In this document: positions 9,539 through 19,548 of the stretch, in pieces
How positions within the stretch are numbered: position 1 is the stretch's first letter
How the letters are laid out: each line of letters starts with the position of its first letter
Assembly: GCA_964641545.1 (NCBI GenBank)
Contig: CAZXLT010000001.1
Location: 84,218 to 148,217, forward strand
Reading direction: 5' to 3'
DNA from: an uncultured Candidatus Saccharibacteria bacterium
GTDB lineage: Bacteria > Patescibacteriota > Saccharimonadia > Saccharimonadales > AWTP1-31
DNA length: 64,000 nucleotides
Position numbers and translations under genes: made by a program
Notes under the pieces: model-generated
What the model was told of the DNA's origin: nothing
What the model saw: only the letters and a program-made list of their open reading frames with translations
The model's database searches: none

Positions 9539-10630
9539 ATGAGTATTTTAAAACCTAAAGTAGAAATAACGATTGCCAACAGAACAATATTAAAAATTAT
9601 TGCCATTATTCTTGTTGCAATGCTCGGATTGCGAGCGGTAATTGCCCTAGCCCATCCAATCACTCTTATTTTGATTGCTTTTTTCCTTGCGCTTGCCCTC
9701 AATCCGGCGGTTACTTGGGTTTCAAAACGACTAAAGCATAAAAATCGAGCGTTAGCCACGGGGATTGCATTTAGCGGCGTACTTATTACCTTGGCTACCT
9801 TCTTTTCGCTCGTCATTCCTCCACTCGTAAGTCAGGTGACCGAGTTTATTAAAGACGTGCCAGCTACGGTTGAGAACGTCAAAACACAAGATTCAGCAAT
9901 TGGTAGAGCTATTCGGCGCTACGAGCTTGACAAACAAGTTGATCAATTTTCGCGTGACTTCAGTAAACGGATTGGTCCCAAGCCTGTTATTGACACTGCT
10001 AGCCGCGTAGGTGGAGTGTTTGTTTCGATTCTAGCAGTTCTTGCAATGACATTTATGATGCTGAACGAGGGACCTCGCTGGCTTGATCGATTACTTATGC
10101 TTATCCCGGCTTCTAAGCGTGAATATAAACGAAAACTTATTGGCAAAATGTATTCCATGGTTACTGGCTACGTGACAGGACAGGTGATTATGTCGGCAAT
10201 TGCTGCTTCGTTCTTGTTGATTGCTCTGGTTGTGATTTCGTCGCTCATGAACGTGTCGATTAATGCTGTTGCCTTGGCAGGTATAGCTGCGTTCTTTGGA
10301 CTGATTCCTATGATTGGTAATCCGATCACAGCGTTTATTGTGGTTAGCGCATGTCTGCTGACGTCACCAAACATGGCACTTGTAGTGCTAATTTACTTTA
10401 TTGTTTATGGACAGTTAGAAAACATAACGTTACAACCCTACATTCAGTCGCGACAAAACGAGCTAACTCCACTCACAGTTTTTGTGGCCGCGCTACTTGG
10501 CATAAGTTACGCAGGTATAATCGGTGCTTTGTTTGCCATACCGGTTGCAGGCTGTCTTAAGATTTTGTTCGTCGATTGGGGAAGTGAACGCGGATACTTG
10601 GCTAACCAGAAATCCGAGACCAAAGAGTAA
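9539..10630 (+). CDS. AI-2E family transporter (PerM/UPF0118-like permease)
   Basis: About 8 TM helices, and length and C-terminal region (FFGLIPMIGNPI ... LGISYAGIIGALFAIPVAG) characteristic of the family. Confidence 0.75.
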   Translation: MSILKPKVEITIANRTILKIIAIILVAMLGLRAVIALAHPITLILIAFFLALALNPAVTWVSKRLKHKNRALATGIAFSGVLITLATFFSLVIPPLVSQVTEFIKDVPATVENVKTQDSAIGRAIRRYELDKQVDQFSRDFSKRIGPKPVIDTASRVGGVFVSILAVLAMTFMMLNEGPRWLDRLLMLIPASKREYKRKLIGKMYSMVTGYVTGQVIMSAIAASFLLIALVVISSLMNVSINAVALAGIAAFFGLIPMIGNPITAFIVVSACLLTSPNMALVVLIYFIVYGQLENITLQPYIQSRQNELTPLTVFVAALLGISYAGIIGALFAIPVAGCLKILFVDWGSERGYLANQKSETKE

Positions 10631-12020
10631 TATCCCCAGCGTCTTTGAGTTCTATTCCTTGTTTCAGTAAGTCTTCACGGAGACTATCCGCAAGAGTAAA
10701 ATCGTTATCACACCTAGCCTGTGAACGGCGATTAATAATTTCTCGTTGAGATTTAGTTATATCTTTTGAATCTAGTAAGCGCATTCCGAATAACCCGTCT
10801 AAGAGCTCTAGAAACTGCATAAAATCATCTATGTTCGAAATATGAATACCGCCGTGAGCGAACGTTGCGACATGGTCTATCGCTTGGCTAATTATGCTTA
10901 GTGCTTCTGGCGTGTTAAGGTCATCACGCAGTGCTTGCCTGATCTGAGTAGACAATTTTTCAAAATAATCCGTTCCTAATGAGCCAAAATCTCCCTCGCT
11001 TTGAAAACGTAAATCGGCAAATGCTTGCAGCACGATTCGTCTATTGCGTGCAGCTTCTAAGTTTTTCCAACTGAAATTACTTTCTGTTCGGTAATGACTT
11101 TGTAACATAAGCATACGGAAGTCCAAAGCCGTGAAACCCTTTTCTGCGAGATCGTCTAATGTGTAAAAATTTTTTAAACTTTTACTCATTTTGTTGCCAT
11201 CTACCTTAATAAAGTTTCGATGCAACCAATAGTTTACGAAAGGTTTACCGGTTAATGCTTCTGTCTGCGCAATTTCGTTAGTGTGATGAACTGGAATGTG
11301 ATCTATCCCCCCGGTGTGAATGTCGATCTGATCTCCAAGCAGTTCACGGCTCATCACAGAACACTCTAGGTGCCAACCAGGAAATCCGTTTCCCCAGGGG
11401 CTTTTCCACTCCATGTCTCGCTTTTCATTTGCATGGGTCAGTTTCCATAACGCAAAGTCTGTTGGATTTTTTTTGCCCGACTCGTCAACTCGTTTCCCTG
11501 CTTGCAGGCCTGCTATATCGAGACGCGCAAGCTTTCCGTAATCTTTTAATTTTGATGTATCAAAATAAATTCCTTCATTTTGAATAGCGTACGTAAAGCC
11601 CTTTTCTTCCAGCGTGCGCACAAAGTCTATTTGCTGAGGTATATAATCGGTCGCTCGAGGTTGATGCGTGGGTTTGATTATATTGAGGTCTTCCGTGCCA
11701 AGTTCTGCCCGTTTTATATAATGGAGTGCGATATCCCAGGCGGTTTTCCGTTGTTCTTTGGCAGCTTTCGCAAGTTTGTCTTCGCCCTCGTCTTCGTCAC
11801 TTACCAAATGTCCAACATCTGTATAATTTTGCACGTGGTTGACAGTATACCCGGCATCACGCAGTACGCGCACCAAAATATCCCAAGCTATGTAGCTACT
11901 CCAGTTGCCAATGTGCGGCTCATCATATACGGTCAGACCACATGCGTAAAGCGAGACAGTCCCCGGCTTACGAGGCTTGAACTCACGCACTGATCGAGTC
12001 ATTGTGTCATACAGCTTCAT
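10602..12020 (-). CDS. cysS: Cysteine--tRNA ligase
   Basis: Class I signatures HIGN and KMSKS. N-terminus MKLYDTMTRSVREFKP ... LYACGLTVYDEPHIGN is typical of CysRS. Confidence 0.95.
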   Translation of the reverse strand: MKLYDTMTRSVREFKPRKPGTVSLYACGLTVYDEPHIGNWSSYIAWDILVRVLRDAGYTVNHVQNYTDVGHLVSDEDEGEDKLAKAAKEQRKTAWDIALHYIKRAELGTEDLNIIKPTHQPRATDYIPQQIDFVRTLEEKGFTYAIQNEGIYFDTSKLKDYGKLARLDIAGLQAGKRVDESGKKNPTDFALWKLTHANEKRDMEWKSPWGNGFPGWHLECSVMSRELLGDQIDIHTGGIDHIPVHHTNEIAQTEALTGKPFVNYWLHRNFIKVDGNKMSKSLKNFYTLDDLAEKGFTALDFRMLMLQSHYRTESNFSWKNLEAARNRRIVLQAFADLRFQSEGDFGSLGTDYFEKLSTQIRQALRDDLNTPEALSIISQAIDHVATFAHGGIHISNIDDFMQFLELLDGLFGMRLLDSKDITKSQREIINRRSQARCDNDFTLADSLREDLLKQGIELKDAGDITLWSRISG

Positions 12021-13027
12021 TGTTTTGATTCTGCTTCCAACAGCTTTGCTGCTTCTGCAATTAGTTCTTTTTGTAGCTCATCAAGCTTCCATCCGAAAAC
12101 TTTGAATCCAGCCGCGCCTGGATGACCACCTCCACCAAATTTTGCGGCTAAATCACCCGCAATGGTAGAGCCAAAATTACAGCGAAGTTTGCCTGTTATC
12201 TTTCCGTCCGGATAACTTTTAATTGCAACACTAATTTTTACTCCTTCAGCAAACCGTAACTCTTCGAGCGCTAGTACGCCAGGATTATAGAGCGGACTGT
12301 AGGTTTCAATTTCTTTCCATGGGATTGAAACAATTGCTAACTGATTGTCGATAAAATACTCTATTCGCTCCAGAAGCTTTGCTTTATATGCAATAATTTC
12401 AAGCGGCTTGCTCATAGCAGCTCGACGTCGATCGTCAAGCTCTGCAAGGTTAACGCCGCTCTCAACAAGCTTGGCCAATGTAAACACACTTTTTGCTGTA
12501 ACATTTTCGGTGGTTAATCCTAAAGAATCCGCCAAAATTGAGCATGCTAACAAATCGCATGCAGAGCGAGTAAGCTTCCATTTGTTTTCGGTTGCAACTT
12601 CAAAAAGTAGCTCTCCTGTTGAGACGGCGTTTTGATCTATGGCTGGCTCGTACTCAAAAGGTAAATCAACTGTGCTACTGTGGTGATCGAATACAATGCA
12701 GGGGCGTGATTTTAATGCACCTAGTTGGTTATTTTGCACTAGTTTCTCAAGAAGCGTGATGGTAGAGCAGTCTACAATAATAGACACATCGAAGTTGTTG
12801 GGTAGTTCGTTGGAAACACGATCATATCCAGGTATATAAGCGAGGTACTTTGGTATGTCGACACCGCAGTATAGGCTCGTTGTCTTTCCTAGCTCACCGA
12901 GTATTTCCTCTAGCGCCAAGGCGCTGGCCAAGCTGTCCGCATCCGGGTTATCTGCTTGGATGATCAAGACATGTTTAGCGGTGTTTAATGCCTCTGCGGC
13001 AGTTTTGGTAAGCAATGTTTTCGTCAT
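12017..13027 (-). CDS. DHH-family phosphoesterase (NrnA-like oligoribonuclease/pAp phosphatase)
   Basis: DNPDADS, DHH (FDHHSS) and DHHA1 GGGHPGAAGF motifs. Its stop overlaps the cysS start by 4 nt. Confidence 0.8.
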   Translation of the reverse strand: MTKTLLTKTAAEALNTAKHVLIIQADNPDADSLASALALEEILGELGKTTSLYCGVDIPKYLAYIPGYDRVSNELPNNFDVSIIVDCSTITLLEKLVQNNQLGALKSRPCIVFDHHSSTVDLPFEYEPAIDQNAVSTGELLFEVATENKWKLTRSACDLLACSILADSLGLTTENVTAKSVFTLAKLVESGVNLAELDDRRRAAMSKPLEIIAYKAKLLERIEYFIDNQLAIVSIPWKEIETYSPLYNPGVLALEELRFAEGVKISVAIKSYPDGKITGKLRCNFGSTIAGDLAAKFGGGGHPGAAGFKVFGWKLDELQKELIAEAAKLLEAESKQ

Positions 13028-13062
13028 ATATTCCCTAGTATACGGGCTATGTACGCTTACGG

Positions 13063-13671
13063 CTAGTTGACGGCCTGTCGACCTTCTAGCGCGCGCGTCA
13101 ATGTGATTTGATCTGCATACTCAAGATCAACACCTATTGGTAGTCCTTGTGCTAGTCGGGTTACCTTAATATCGTGTCCAGCAAGTTGTTGGTTAATGTA
13201 AAGTGCTGTTGACTCACCTTCAACGCTCGCGTTGGTTGCCATTATTATTTCAACGACCTTGTCGTCTTCAACCCGCTGGAGTAGTTCTTTAACATGTAGT
13301 TGGTCTGGTGTTATTCCGTCGATCGGCGAAATAAGTCCCCCCAAAACGTGGTAGGTTCCTGTATATTGACCGGTTTTTTCTAGTGCAACCACATCATAGG
13401 GTTCCGCTACAATTGCCACAATTGTTCTGTCTCGTGATGGATCGCTGTATAAATGGGATACCTTTTCGCCCTTTTGTATGAGTGCAAATGTTTTGGGACA
13501 GTAGTCTACATTTTTATGAACAGTGCTTATGGCACTCGCTAATTTTCCGGCCACAGCTGCGTCATTGCGCAGTAGATAGTATGCAAAACGCTCTGCGGTA
13601 CGTGGTCCAACCCCCGGTAGCGAACCAAGCGCACTAATCAAGTCCTCAAGTGCAGCTGGCAGAATATGCAT
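13063..13671 (-). CDS. recR: Recombination protein RecR (zinc-finger cysteines mostly missing)
   Basis: LPGVGPRTAERFAYYLL helix-hairpin-helix and a Toprim region (IVAIVAEPYDVVALE, ATNASVEGESTALY). Only one Cys remains where the C4 finger normally lies. Confidence 0.9.
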   Translation of the reverse strand: MHILPAALEDLISALGSLPGVGPRTAERFAYYLLRNDAAVAGKLASAISTVHKNVDYCPKTFALIQKGEKVSHLYSDPSRDRTIVAIVAEPYDVVALEKTGQYTGTYHVLGGLISPIDGITPDQLHVKELLQRVEDDKVVEIIMATNASVEGESTALYINQQLAGHDIKVTRLAQGLPIGVDLEYADQITLTRALEGRQAVN

Positions 13672-13681
13672 TACGTGTAGC

Positions 13682-13975
13682 CTATAAACCGAGATCGCCT
13701 AGTGCGCCCATCATTGGTTGCATCTTTTCAGCTGCCAACTTCTGGCTCTGCGCGATTGCGTCCTTTACGGCATCTTCAACCCATCGCTCAAGCTCCCGAA
13801 TGTCATCTAGATCTACGCTTTCTGGATCAATATGAATTTTCTTAATCTTTTGTTCGCCTGTAATTTCAACGCGCACAGCACCATCACCCTGTTCTACAGT
13901 GATAACTTGTTTTTGCAGTTCTTTTTGTAACTTTTTAACTTTTAATAGCATCTTAGCCTGATCAAAACGACTCAT
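13682..13975 (-). CDS. ybaB: YbaB/EbfC nucleoid-associated protein
   Basis: 97 aa, with MLKVKKLQKELQK ... GDGAVRVEITGEQKIKKIHIDPE. Conserved dnaX-ybaB-recR neighbourhood. Confidence 0.85.
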   Translation of the reverse strand: MSRFDQAKMLLKVKKLQKELQKQVITVEQGDGAVRVEITGEQKIKKIHIDPESVDLDDIRELERWVEDAVKDAIAQSQKLAAEKMQPMMGALGDLGL

Positions 13976-14008
13976 ACATCCTCCTTTGGATAGACTTAGT
14001 ATAGCATT

Positions 14009-15190
14009 TTACAGTGGTTGGTTGTAGACACTGCGCGTAGCGGGTGTTTGAGGCCACGCTATGAAATAGTGCTGTAAATTGTACCAGCTAACGGTTATAA
14101 AGCTGACACCTAGCAGAACATATAAAAGTCCACGAGCAAACGGATTAATTGGAAACACGCTAAACCACTGGCTTAGCATAAATGCCAGACCAGAAGCGAC
14201 CAGTATGTAACAAATTGGTAGCAGCACTGGCAGTAGCAATACTTTCATACCAACTAATACCCATAGCAGTAAGCCGACTGCCATCACAGATTTACTTCGA
14301 TCGAGTCGCCAGTTAATCGCAAAATGGTACACACCTAAAATAGCGAAAATGCTACTGAAGAAGTCAAGCAGCGGCAATCGTCCAAGCCAAAGTGCTGGGT
14401 TAAATGGAGCCCTCCAAAAAAGGTATCCTAGACTTTGCAGCATCGTAAGTGGAGTGCGAACAATATCGCTCAACACAGACGATCTTGAGATGCCCATCCA
14501 TTCAAAGAATATCGTCTGATTCTGAAAAACATTGAAGGCTAATGGTGCAATTAGCACTATGAATATCGCAAAACCTCCAAACGCAAATAAACGAGATGTT
14601 CTAAAGAATTGACCCAACGTCTTGTAGCGGAATGCTGCACTAGCTAGTATTAACCAGACAAAACCCGGAATGTATAAGAGCAAGCCAGCGGCAAGTCCAC
14701 TTAACAGAGGAGCGAAACGGTTGTGAGGATGATTTTTGAGCCAAATACCGAAGGCTAAAAAGCCGACAATCGAGGTTTGTAACACAAAAGTGTCGCCGAG
14801 CCGAGCGATATGTAGCATCCAGGCTGATGATACGAACAGCCAACTCGTTATTATGGCGACTCTTTGACTAAACCAGTGTTTGATAACATAAAAAAACAGC
14901 CAGATTGCTATAAATGAACAAGCTGCGCTCGTTAACCGAGCAGCCAAAACAGGTTGCTCCACCAACTTATTTGTAGCCAGTTGAAATAATCTGTAGGGAG
15001 CAAACAGCATGTTGGTTCTAATAATTTCTAAAGAGTTCAGCCGAAATGTTGCTTCCTCGACCGAAGCGCCAGGCAGCAAGATGCGCAAACGAAACAGCAA
15101 TAGCCCTGCAATAACAACGCACGCAGAAAAGTAACCCAGTAGTGGCTGCCACATATCAAACAGGCGAAGTCGAAGATCTTTGGTCCTCAT
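14009..15190 (-). CDS. Polytopic membrane protein (possible GT-C-type glycosyltransferase), function unknown
   Basis: About 11 hydrophobic helices across 393 aa. No diagnostic motif recognised. Confidence 0.55.
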   Translation of the reverse strand: MRTKDLRLRLFDMWQPLLGYFSACVVIAGLLLFRLRILLPGASVEEATFRLNSLEIIRTNMLFAPYRLFQLATNKLVEQPVLAARLTSAACSFIAIWLFFYVIKHWFSQRVAIITSWLFVSSAWMLHIARLGDTFVLQTSIVGFLAFGIWLKNHPHNRFAPLLSGLAAGLLLYIPGFVWLILASAAFRYKTLGQFFRTSRLFAFGGFAIFIVLIAPLAFNVFQNQTIFFEWMGISRSSVLSDIVRTPLTMLQSLGYLFWRAPFNPALWLGRLPLLDFFSSIFAILGVYHFAINWRLDRSKSVMAVGLLLWVLVGMKVLLLPVLLPICYILVASGLAFMLSQWFSVFPINPFARGLLYVLLGVSFITVSWYNLQHYFIAWPQTPATRSVYNQPL

Positions 15191-15226
15191 AATGCTTATG
15201 GATACCAGTATATCACTGTCGCTGGT

Positions 15227-16579
15227 TTAGCTAAATGGGGTGCTATGCTTTGTGTCCACGCTGCGGAACCGTTGTTTCTCGCGATCAAAGTATAGCTCTA
15301 CTGCACCGGTTGGTCCGTTACGGTGCTTCTTTATAAAGATATCGGTCATATTTTTTCGCTCTGACTCGGGGTTGTAGTAGTCTTCTCGGTAAATGAATGC
15401 AACAACGTCAGCATCTTGCTCGATCGAACCGGACTCTCGAAGGTCTTGCAACTGTGGAATCTGTGGACTTCGGCTTTCGACTGAGCGGCTCAACTGACTA
15501 AGTGCGATCAATGGAACATTGAGCTCACGAGCAATTCCCTTAAGCCCACGTGAAATCTCGGATATTTCTTGTACACGATTTCCGTCACCTCCAAATCGAC
15601 TTCCTCCGCTCATGAGTTGCAAGTAATCAACAATAATCAGTCCGAGTGGACGAAGGTGGGCTTCGCGGCGAGCTTTGGTTCGGAGATCGCTGACAGTTAT
15701 ACCGGGGGTATCATCAATAAAAATAGGAGCTTCACTTAATGAGCCCATGGCTTGCCCTATTTTTTCAAAATCGGCATCGGTCAAGTTGCCTGTTCTCAGA
15801 GCCCAGGCATCGACGCCAGACTCCATTGCGAGCATGCGGTCTACCAGCTGCTCCTTGCTCATTTCCAAGCTAAATACAAGAACTGGCTCTTGGGCTTGCA
15901 AAGCAATATTATGAGCTAGATTTAGTGCCAGTGCAGTTTTACCCATCGAAGGACGAGCAGCCAGAATCACCAGGTCAGACTTTTGAAAGCCGGCCAGTAT
16001 GTTGTCCAGATCTTTAAAGCCAGTTGGAACACCTCGTATTTTTCCTTTGTCTTTGTGGAGCTCATCTAGTCGATCAAAACTTTCACCTAAAATCGTTTCA
16101 AGACTGGTAATGTCTTGTTTAACGTGACGCTGGCTAACTTCAAATAATGTCGACTCCGCCTGCTCGATCAGTTCTTGCAGTGCTTTATCTTCTTTATAGC
16201 CTAGTTCTACAATTTCTTGAGACGCCTTGATGAGCCGTCTTCGTAAAGCCTTTTGGGCCACTATTTCTGCATATTGCTCCACGTGGGCTGCTGTTGGGAC
16301 AAAGTTGGTTAACTGTGTCAGATATGCAGCACCTCCAATAAATTCGATAAAACCAGAGCTCTTTAGCTGATCCGATAGCGTGAGCACGTCAATTGGCTGG
16401 TGCTTCTCATACAATTGGCTGATTGCCTCGAAAATGCGAGCATGTTTTGGGTCGTAGAAATCAATCGCCGCTACAATATCGGCAACTTTAACGATTGCGT
16501 CACTGTCTATGAGCAATGAGCCCAGTAAACTGGCTTCGGCGTCTGTATTTTGTGGTGGTATAACCGCGTTTTGGTCCAC
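15227..16579 (-). CDS. dnaB: Replicative DNA helicase DnaB
   Basis: PPQNTDAEASLLGSLL N-terminus, Walker A ARPSMGKTA, IVDYLQLM, SQLSR, and SGSIEQDADVV. Confidence 0.95.
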   Translation of the reverse strand: MDQNAVIPPQNTDAEASLLGSLLIDSDAIVKVADIVAAIDFYDPKHARIFEAISQLYEKHQPIDVLTLSDQLKSSGFIEFIGGAAYLTQLTNFVPTAAHVEQYAEIVAQKALRRRLIKASQEIVELGYKEDKALQELIEQAESTLFEVSQRHVKQDITSLETILGESFDRLDELHKDKGKIRGVPTGFKDLDNILAGFQKSDLVILAARPSMGKTALALNLAHNIALQAQEPVLVFSLEMSKEQLVDRMLAMESGVDAWALRTGNLTDADFEKIGQAMGSLSEAPIFIDDTPGITVSDLRTKARREAHLRPLGLIIVDYLQLMSGGSRFGGDGNRVQEISEISRGLKGIARELNVPLIALSQLSRSVESRSPQIPQLQDLRESGSIEQDADVVAFIYREDYYNPESERKNMTDIFIKKHRNGPTGAVELYFDREKQRFRSVDTKHSTPFS

Positions 16580-16596
16580 TATTCCCTCTTTCTATC

Positions 16597-18060
16597 TCAG
16601 GATTCTAACACTTCTGCTCCACCAAAAATATTGCTTACGGTATCTAATAATTCATTCTTTGGTTTTGGCTCCTGGGGCTTTTTTTGTACAGTTTTTTTTG
16701 AAAGAGCGCAGTCCACTTCAACTGTCTCGCCAAACAGATCCTGGATTATTCCAGTAATAATTGTTCGTTTGCTGGCGTCACTGAGTTGCTTTTGGTGAAA
16801 CGCAAATCTGAAGGTTAGTGTGAGGCGTGGACTTTCAAAACTTGGCTCCGCCATCCTTAGAATTCCATACAAGGTATTGTGTTTTTTCTTAATGGTGGCT
16901 AGCACGGCTGGCCAATCACTAATGTTAAAACCTTCTCCTGTTTTTGTGCTCTTTTTCTCTGCAGTTGGGTCGTTGGGTATTTTCGAAGGTTCGTTTTGCT
17001 GCTGCTTAATCGGCGGTTGCTGCACCTCTTCCGGTGTAGCGTTTGTGAGGTCTACAGATTCTTTAACTTGTGCTGTGCGCTGTTTGGGTGCTGCCGGTTG
17101 CAGGCTGGGAGTGCTTTTGCTGCTGAGCAGCTCTTCTAGCAGCACTACTTCTAGCAGTGATGCTGCATACGGAGATGCCTGGACTTCGAGCAGTTTTTTG
17201 AGGAGGTCAACATTGCTATGTGTTCCTTCAATGATCTGGTGTCGCAAACGTTGAGCAAGCTGCTCTGCAATTTGTGCTGGAGCCACACCGCTCGTGCGCA
17301 GTTCTTGTAAATGATGAATGAGCGACGCTGCTGTACCGGTGTTTATTTCTGCAAGCATTTCATCAATCTGACTTGATGGTACTAAACCGAGCACCTCACG
17401 AACTGTGTCTGCCTGAACGCTCGTGGCACTATTGCGAATCTGATCTAGCAGGCCAATGCTATCGCGAAAACTTCCTTTTCCTCGTGCTGCTAGTAGCTCA
17501 AGTGCTTCGTCATCAACATCTATGTTTTCTTTTTTGGCAATTTCGGCGAGATGGTCTTTTAAGACAGGTTCTTCAATGGGCTTAAACACAAAATGTTGCG
17601 TTCGGCTGACAATTGTCTCGGGTAGCTTATGCGCCTCGGTAGTGGCAAGCACAAAAACCACATGTGCTGGCGGTTCTTCCAAAGTTTTTAAGAGCGCATT
17701 AAATGCTTCGCGTGTTAGCATGTGCACTTCGTCGATAATGTAAACTTTGTATTTGGTTTTGGTTGGTAAAATGTTAACTTTGTCTCGTAAGTCACGTACT
17801 TCGTCTATTCGTCGGTTGCTAGCTGCGTCAATTTCGATAATATCGAGCTGGGGATCTTCACTGTAAGGAATATCGTTAATTGCAAAGGCTAAAATTCGGG
17901 CAACACTGGTTTTGCCGACCCCACGAGGCCCAGTCAGTAAGTAAGCGTGGCTGATTTTCCCCGATTTCAGGGCGTTCTTAAGCGTCTTGGTGATATGCTG
18001 TTGCCCAACAATTTCATCCAAAGACTTTGAACGATACTTTCTATATAACGCCTGCCCCAT
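16597..18060 (-). CDS. dnaX: DNA polymerase III subunit gamma/tau
   Basis: YRKYRSKSLDEIVGQ, GPRGVGKTS Walker A, IIDEVHML, and SRTQHF sensor motif. Confidence 0.9.
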   Translation of the reverse strand: MGQALYRKYRSKSLDEIVGQQHITKTLKNALKSGKISHAYLLTGPRGVGKTSVARILAFAINDIPYSEDPQLDIIEIDAASNRRIDEVRDLRDKVNILPTKTKYKVYIIDEVHMLTREAFNALLKTLEEPPAHVVFVLATTEAHKLPETIVSRTQHFVFKPIEEPVLKDHLAEIAKKENIDVDDEALELLAARGKGSFRDSIGLLDQIRNSATSVQADTVREVLGLVPSSQIDEMLAEINTGTAASLIHHLQELRTSGVAPAQIAEQLAQRLRHQIIEGTHSNVDLLKKLLEVQASPYAASLLEVVLLEELLSSKSTPSLQPAAPKQRTAQVKESVDLTNATPEEVQQPPIKQQQNEPSKIPNDPTAEKKSTKTGEGFNISDWPAVLATIKKKHNTLYGILRMAEPSFESPRLTLTFRFAFHQKQLSDASKRTIITGIIQDLFGETVEVDCALSKKTVQKKPQEPKPKNELLDTVSNIFGGAEVLES

Positions 18061-18105
18061 GGACTATGTATTATATGCCAAAGTTGCAAGATGCGCTGTT
18101 GTTGA

Positions 18106-18816
18106 TTATGCAGAAGGATTACCAGTGGTTGCATGATCCCAACTGGGCCCGGCCAACTGGAAGCCTTGCTGAACATATGCAGCTGTTGCTGGCGCTTTGT
18201 AGGCAGACCCACCAATTGTTCCAAGCCAACCAATTGCTTCAAGCCGTGCACCGACTGTCTCCGGTACCCTGTCGCCAAGTGCTGATTCTAGTACGAACGC
18301 AGTAATGCCGGTCCACTGCGCAAACGTGCCCACTTTTCCTTCGCCCTCAGGGTTAATGACAACGTTATTCATCTTTCCGGATACGGCAGCTGCTGTTTCT
18401 ACCATCTTTTGTCCGACCATCAACGCAGCTGTTGCGGGTGGTAGTACATCTGCTTTTGCGAGAATCAAACTGGAAAGTACAATCTGAACACCATCGAGTG
18501 TTGGATCAAGGTCTCGTCCAAACCTGCCTTTGACTTCATGTTTAGCGGCGTAATTGCCGTCGGCAAGGTCGCAAAGTCTGCCGCCAACAATTTCAAAGAA
18601 GCCCTTTAACTTGTGACCTTGCGTAACATCATGAACGCCTTTTACCACAAGATAGGTGCCGAATAAGCTGATCGCATTAGCAACGGTGGCGATACCTTTG
18701 GTTCGCTTGGCGATTCGTTGTTCCGTGCTTAAATCCTGATCAGGAACATCGTCCCAATCGTTCTTATTGTCTTGAATTCGATGGAGCTGTTCTTCGCTTC
18801 GTCTAAAGATAGGCAT
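18106..18816 (-). CDS. CDP-alcohol phosphatidyltransferase-family membrane protein (variant motif)
   Basis: DLADGNYAAKHEVKGRFGRDLDPTLD fits D-x2-D-G-x2-A-[R>A]-x8-G-x3-D-x3-D exactly, apart from Ala replacing the conserved Arg. Several TM segments. Confidence 0.6.
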   Translation of the reverse strand: MPIFRRSEEQLHRIQDNKNDWDDVPDQDLSTEQRIAKRTKGIATVANAISLFGTYLVVKGVHDVTQGHKLKGFFEIVGGRLCDLADGNYAAKHEVKGRFGRDLDPTLDGVQIVLSSLILAKADVLPPATAALMVGQKMVETAAAVSGKMNNVVINPEGEGKVGTFAQWTGITAFVLESALGDRVPETVGARLEAIGWLGTIGGSAYKAPATAAYVQQGFQLAGPSWDHATTGNPSA

Positions 18817-18831
18817 GAGCTCGCCGGATAG

Positions 18832-19359
18832 CTATAAAGCTGCTTCCAATGCTGCCCACTCTGTATTAGCGTCATCTTCTGGAATATTCACACTCACCTG
18901 GTCGCCTGGTTTTGCCTTAAAATAGGTTACGCTGGCGAGTAATACTCGGTATGATTTTGGTCCTGCAATAACAAAATAATGCCCGTCGCGTAGCTCTAGC
19001 ATGCCGACAACTTGTTTGCGAGCAATTGGACCGATTTGCTTGTACATAAAGGTGCCGTCATCGGCAATCGTTAGCTTTAGGATATCGCCCTGTACGAGCT
19101 TAGATTTGCTGGCGTAGTTTGCAGGAACGGGATAGGTCTTTCCATCACTTCCAACCATGTTCTGACCATCAAAAACCCCCTCAATAACTTTACCGAGGTT
19201 TTCATCTTTATCGTGCGCAGTTACTACCGGGTCGTCGCCAACCAGGCTCATAAGCAGTTCTTTAGCTGCCGCTAAACTAGTCTCAGCTTCCTGAATTAAG
19301 CTTCGCAGTCTCTTTATTTGTTTCTCTGGTACATCCGCCATTGATCGGCTCTCCATCAT
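18832..19359 (-). CDS. Hypothetical protein; likely true start at ATG 19341 (MADVPEKQ)
   Basis: GGAGAG lies 7 nt upstream of the ATG at 19341. No motif recognised. Confidence 0.5.
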   Translation of the reverse strand: MMESRSMADVPEKQIKRLRSLIQEAETSLAAAKELLMSLVGDDPVVTAHDKDENLGKVIEGVFDGQNMVGSDGKTYPVPANYASKSKLVQGDILKLTIADDGTFMYKQIGPIARKQVVGMLELRDGHYFVIAGPKSYRVLLASVTYFKAKPGDQVSVNIPEDDANTEWAALEAAL

Positions 19360-19502
19360 CTCTCAGTGTTTGTTTAGATACACTTCAGGGTTAAACGTAC
19401 CATGTTTGTTAGGTCAAGTCAAAGCGCAAATACAAAATCTGTGGATAAATGACGAGTGTGTAGTCAGAGCAAGTAAGAACTTAAGGAGAAAAAAAGGCCA
19501 CA

Positions 19503-19530
19503 TATAAAAGAGGCCCGTTAAACGAGCCCC
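19503..19530 (-). terminator. Rho-independent terminator after rplL
   Basis: On the - strand: GGGGCTCG-TTTAA-CGGGCCTC (8 bp including 2 G:U pairs) followed by TTTTAT. Confidence 0.55.
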
Positions 19531-19548
19531 TTGTACACTTGCAAAAAA

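Noticed and set aside
16675-16700. The dnaX coding strand contains CAA AAA AAG and a second A8 run. These resemble the E. coli A AAA AAG tau/gamma frameshift heptamer.
   Set aside because: The site lies only about 25 codons before the normal stop, so a frameshift would not produce a meaningfully shorter gamma subunit. No downstream stem-loop was seen. It is most likely just Lys codons.
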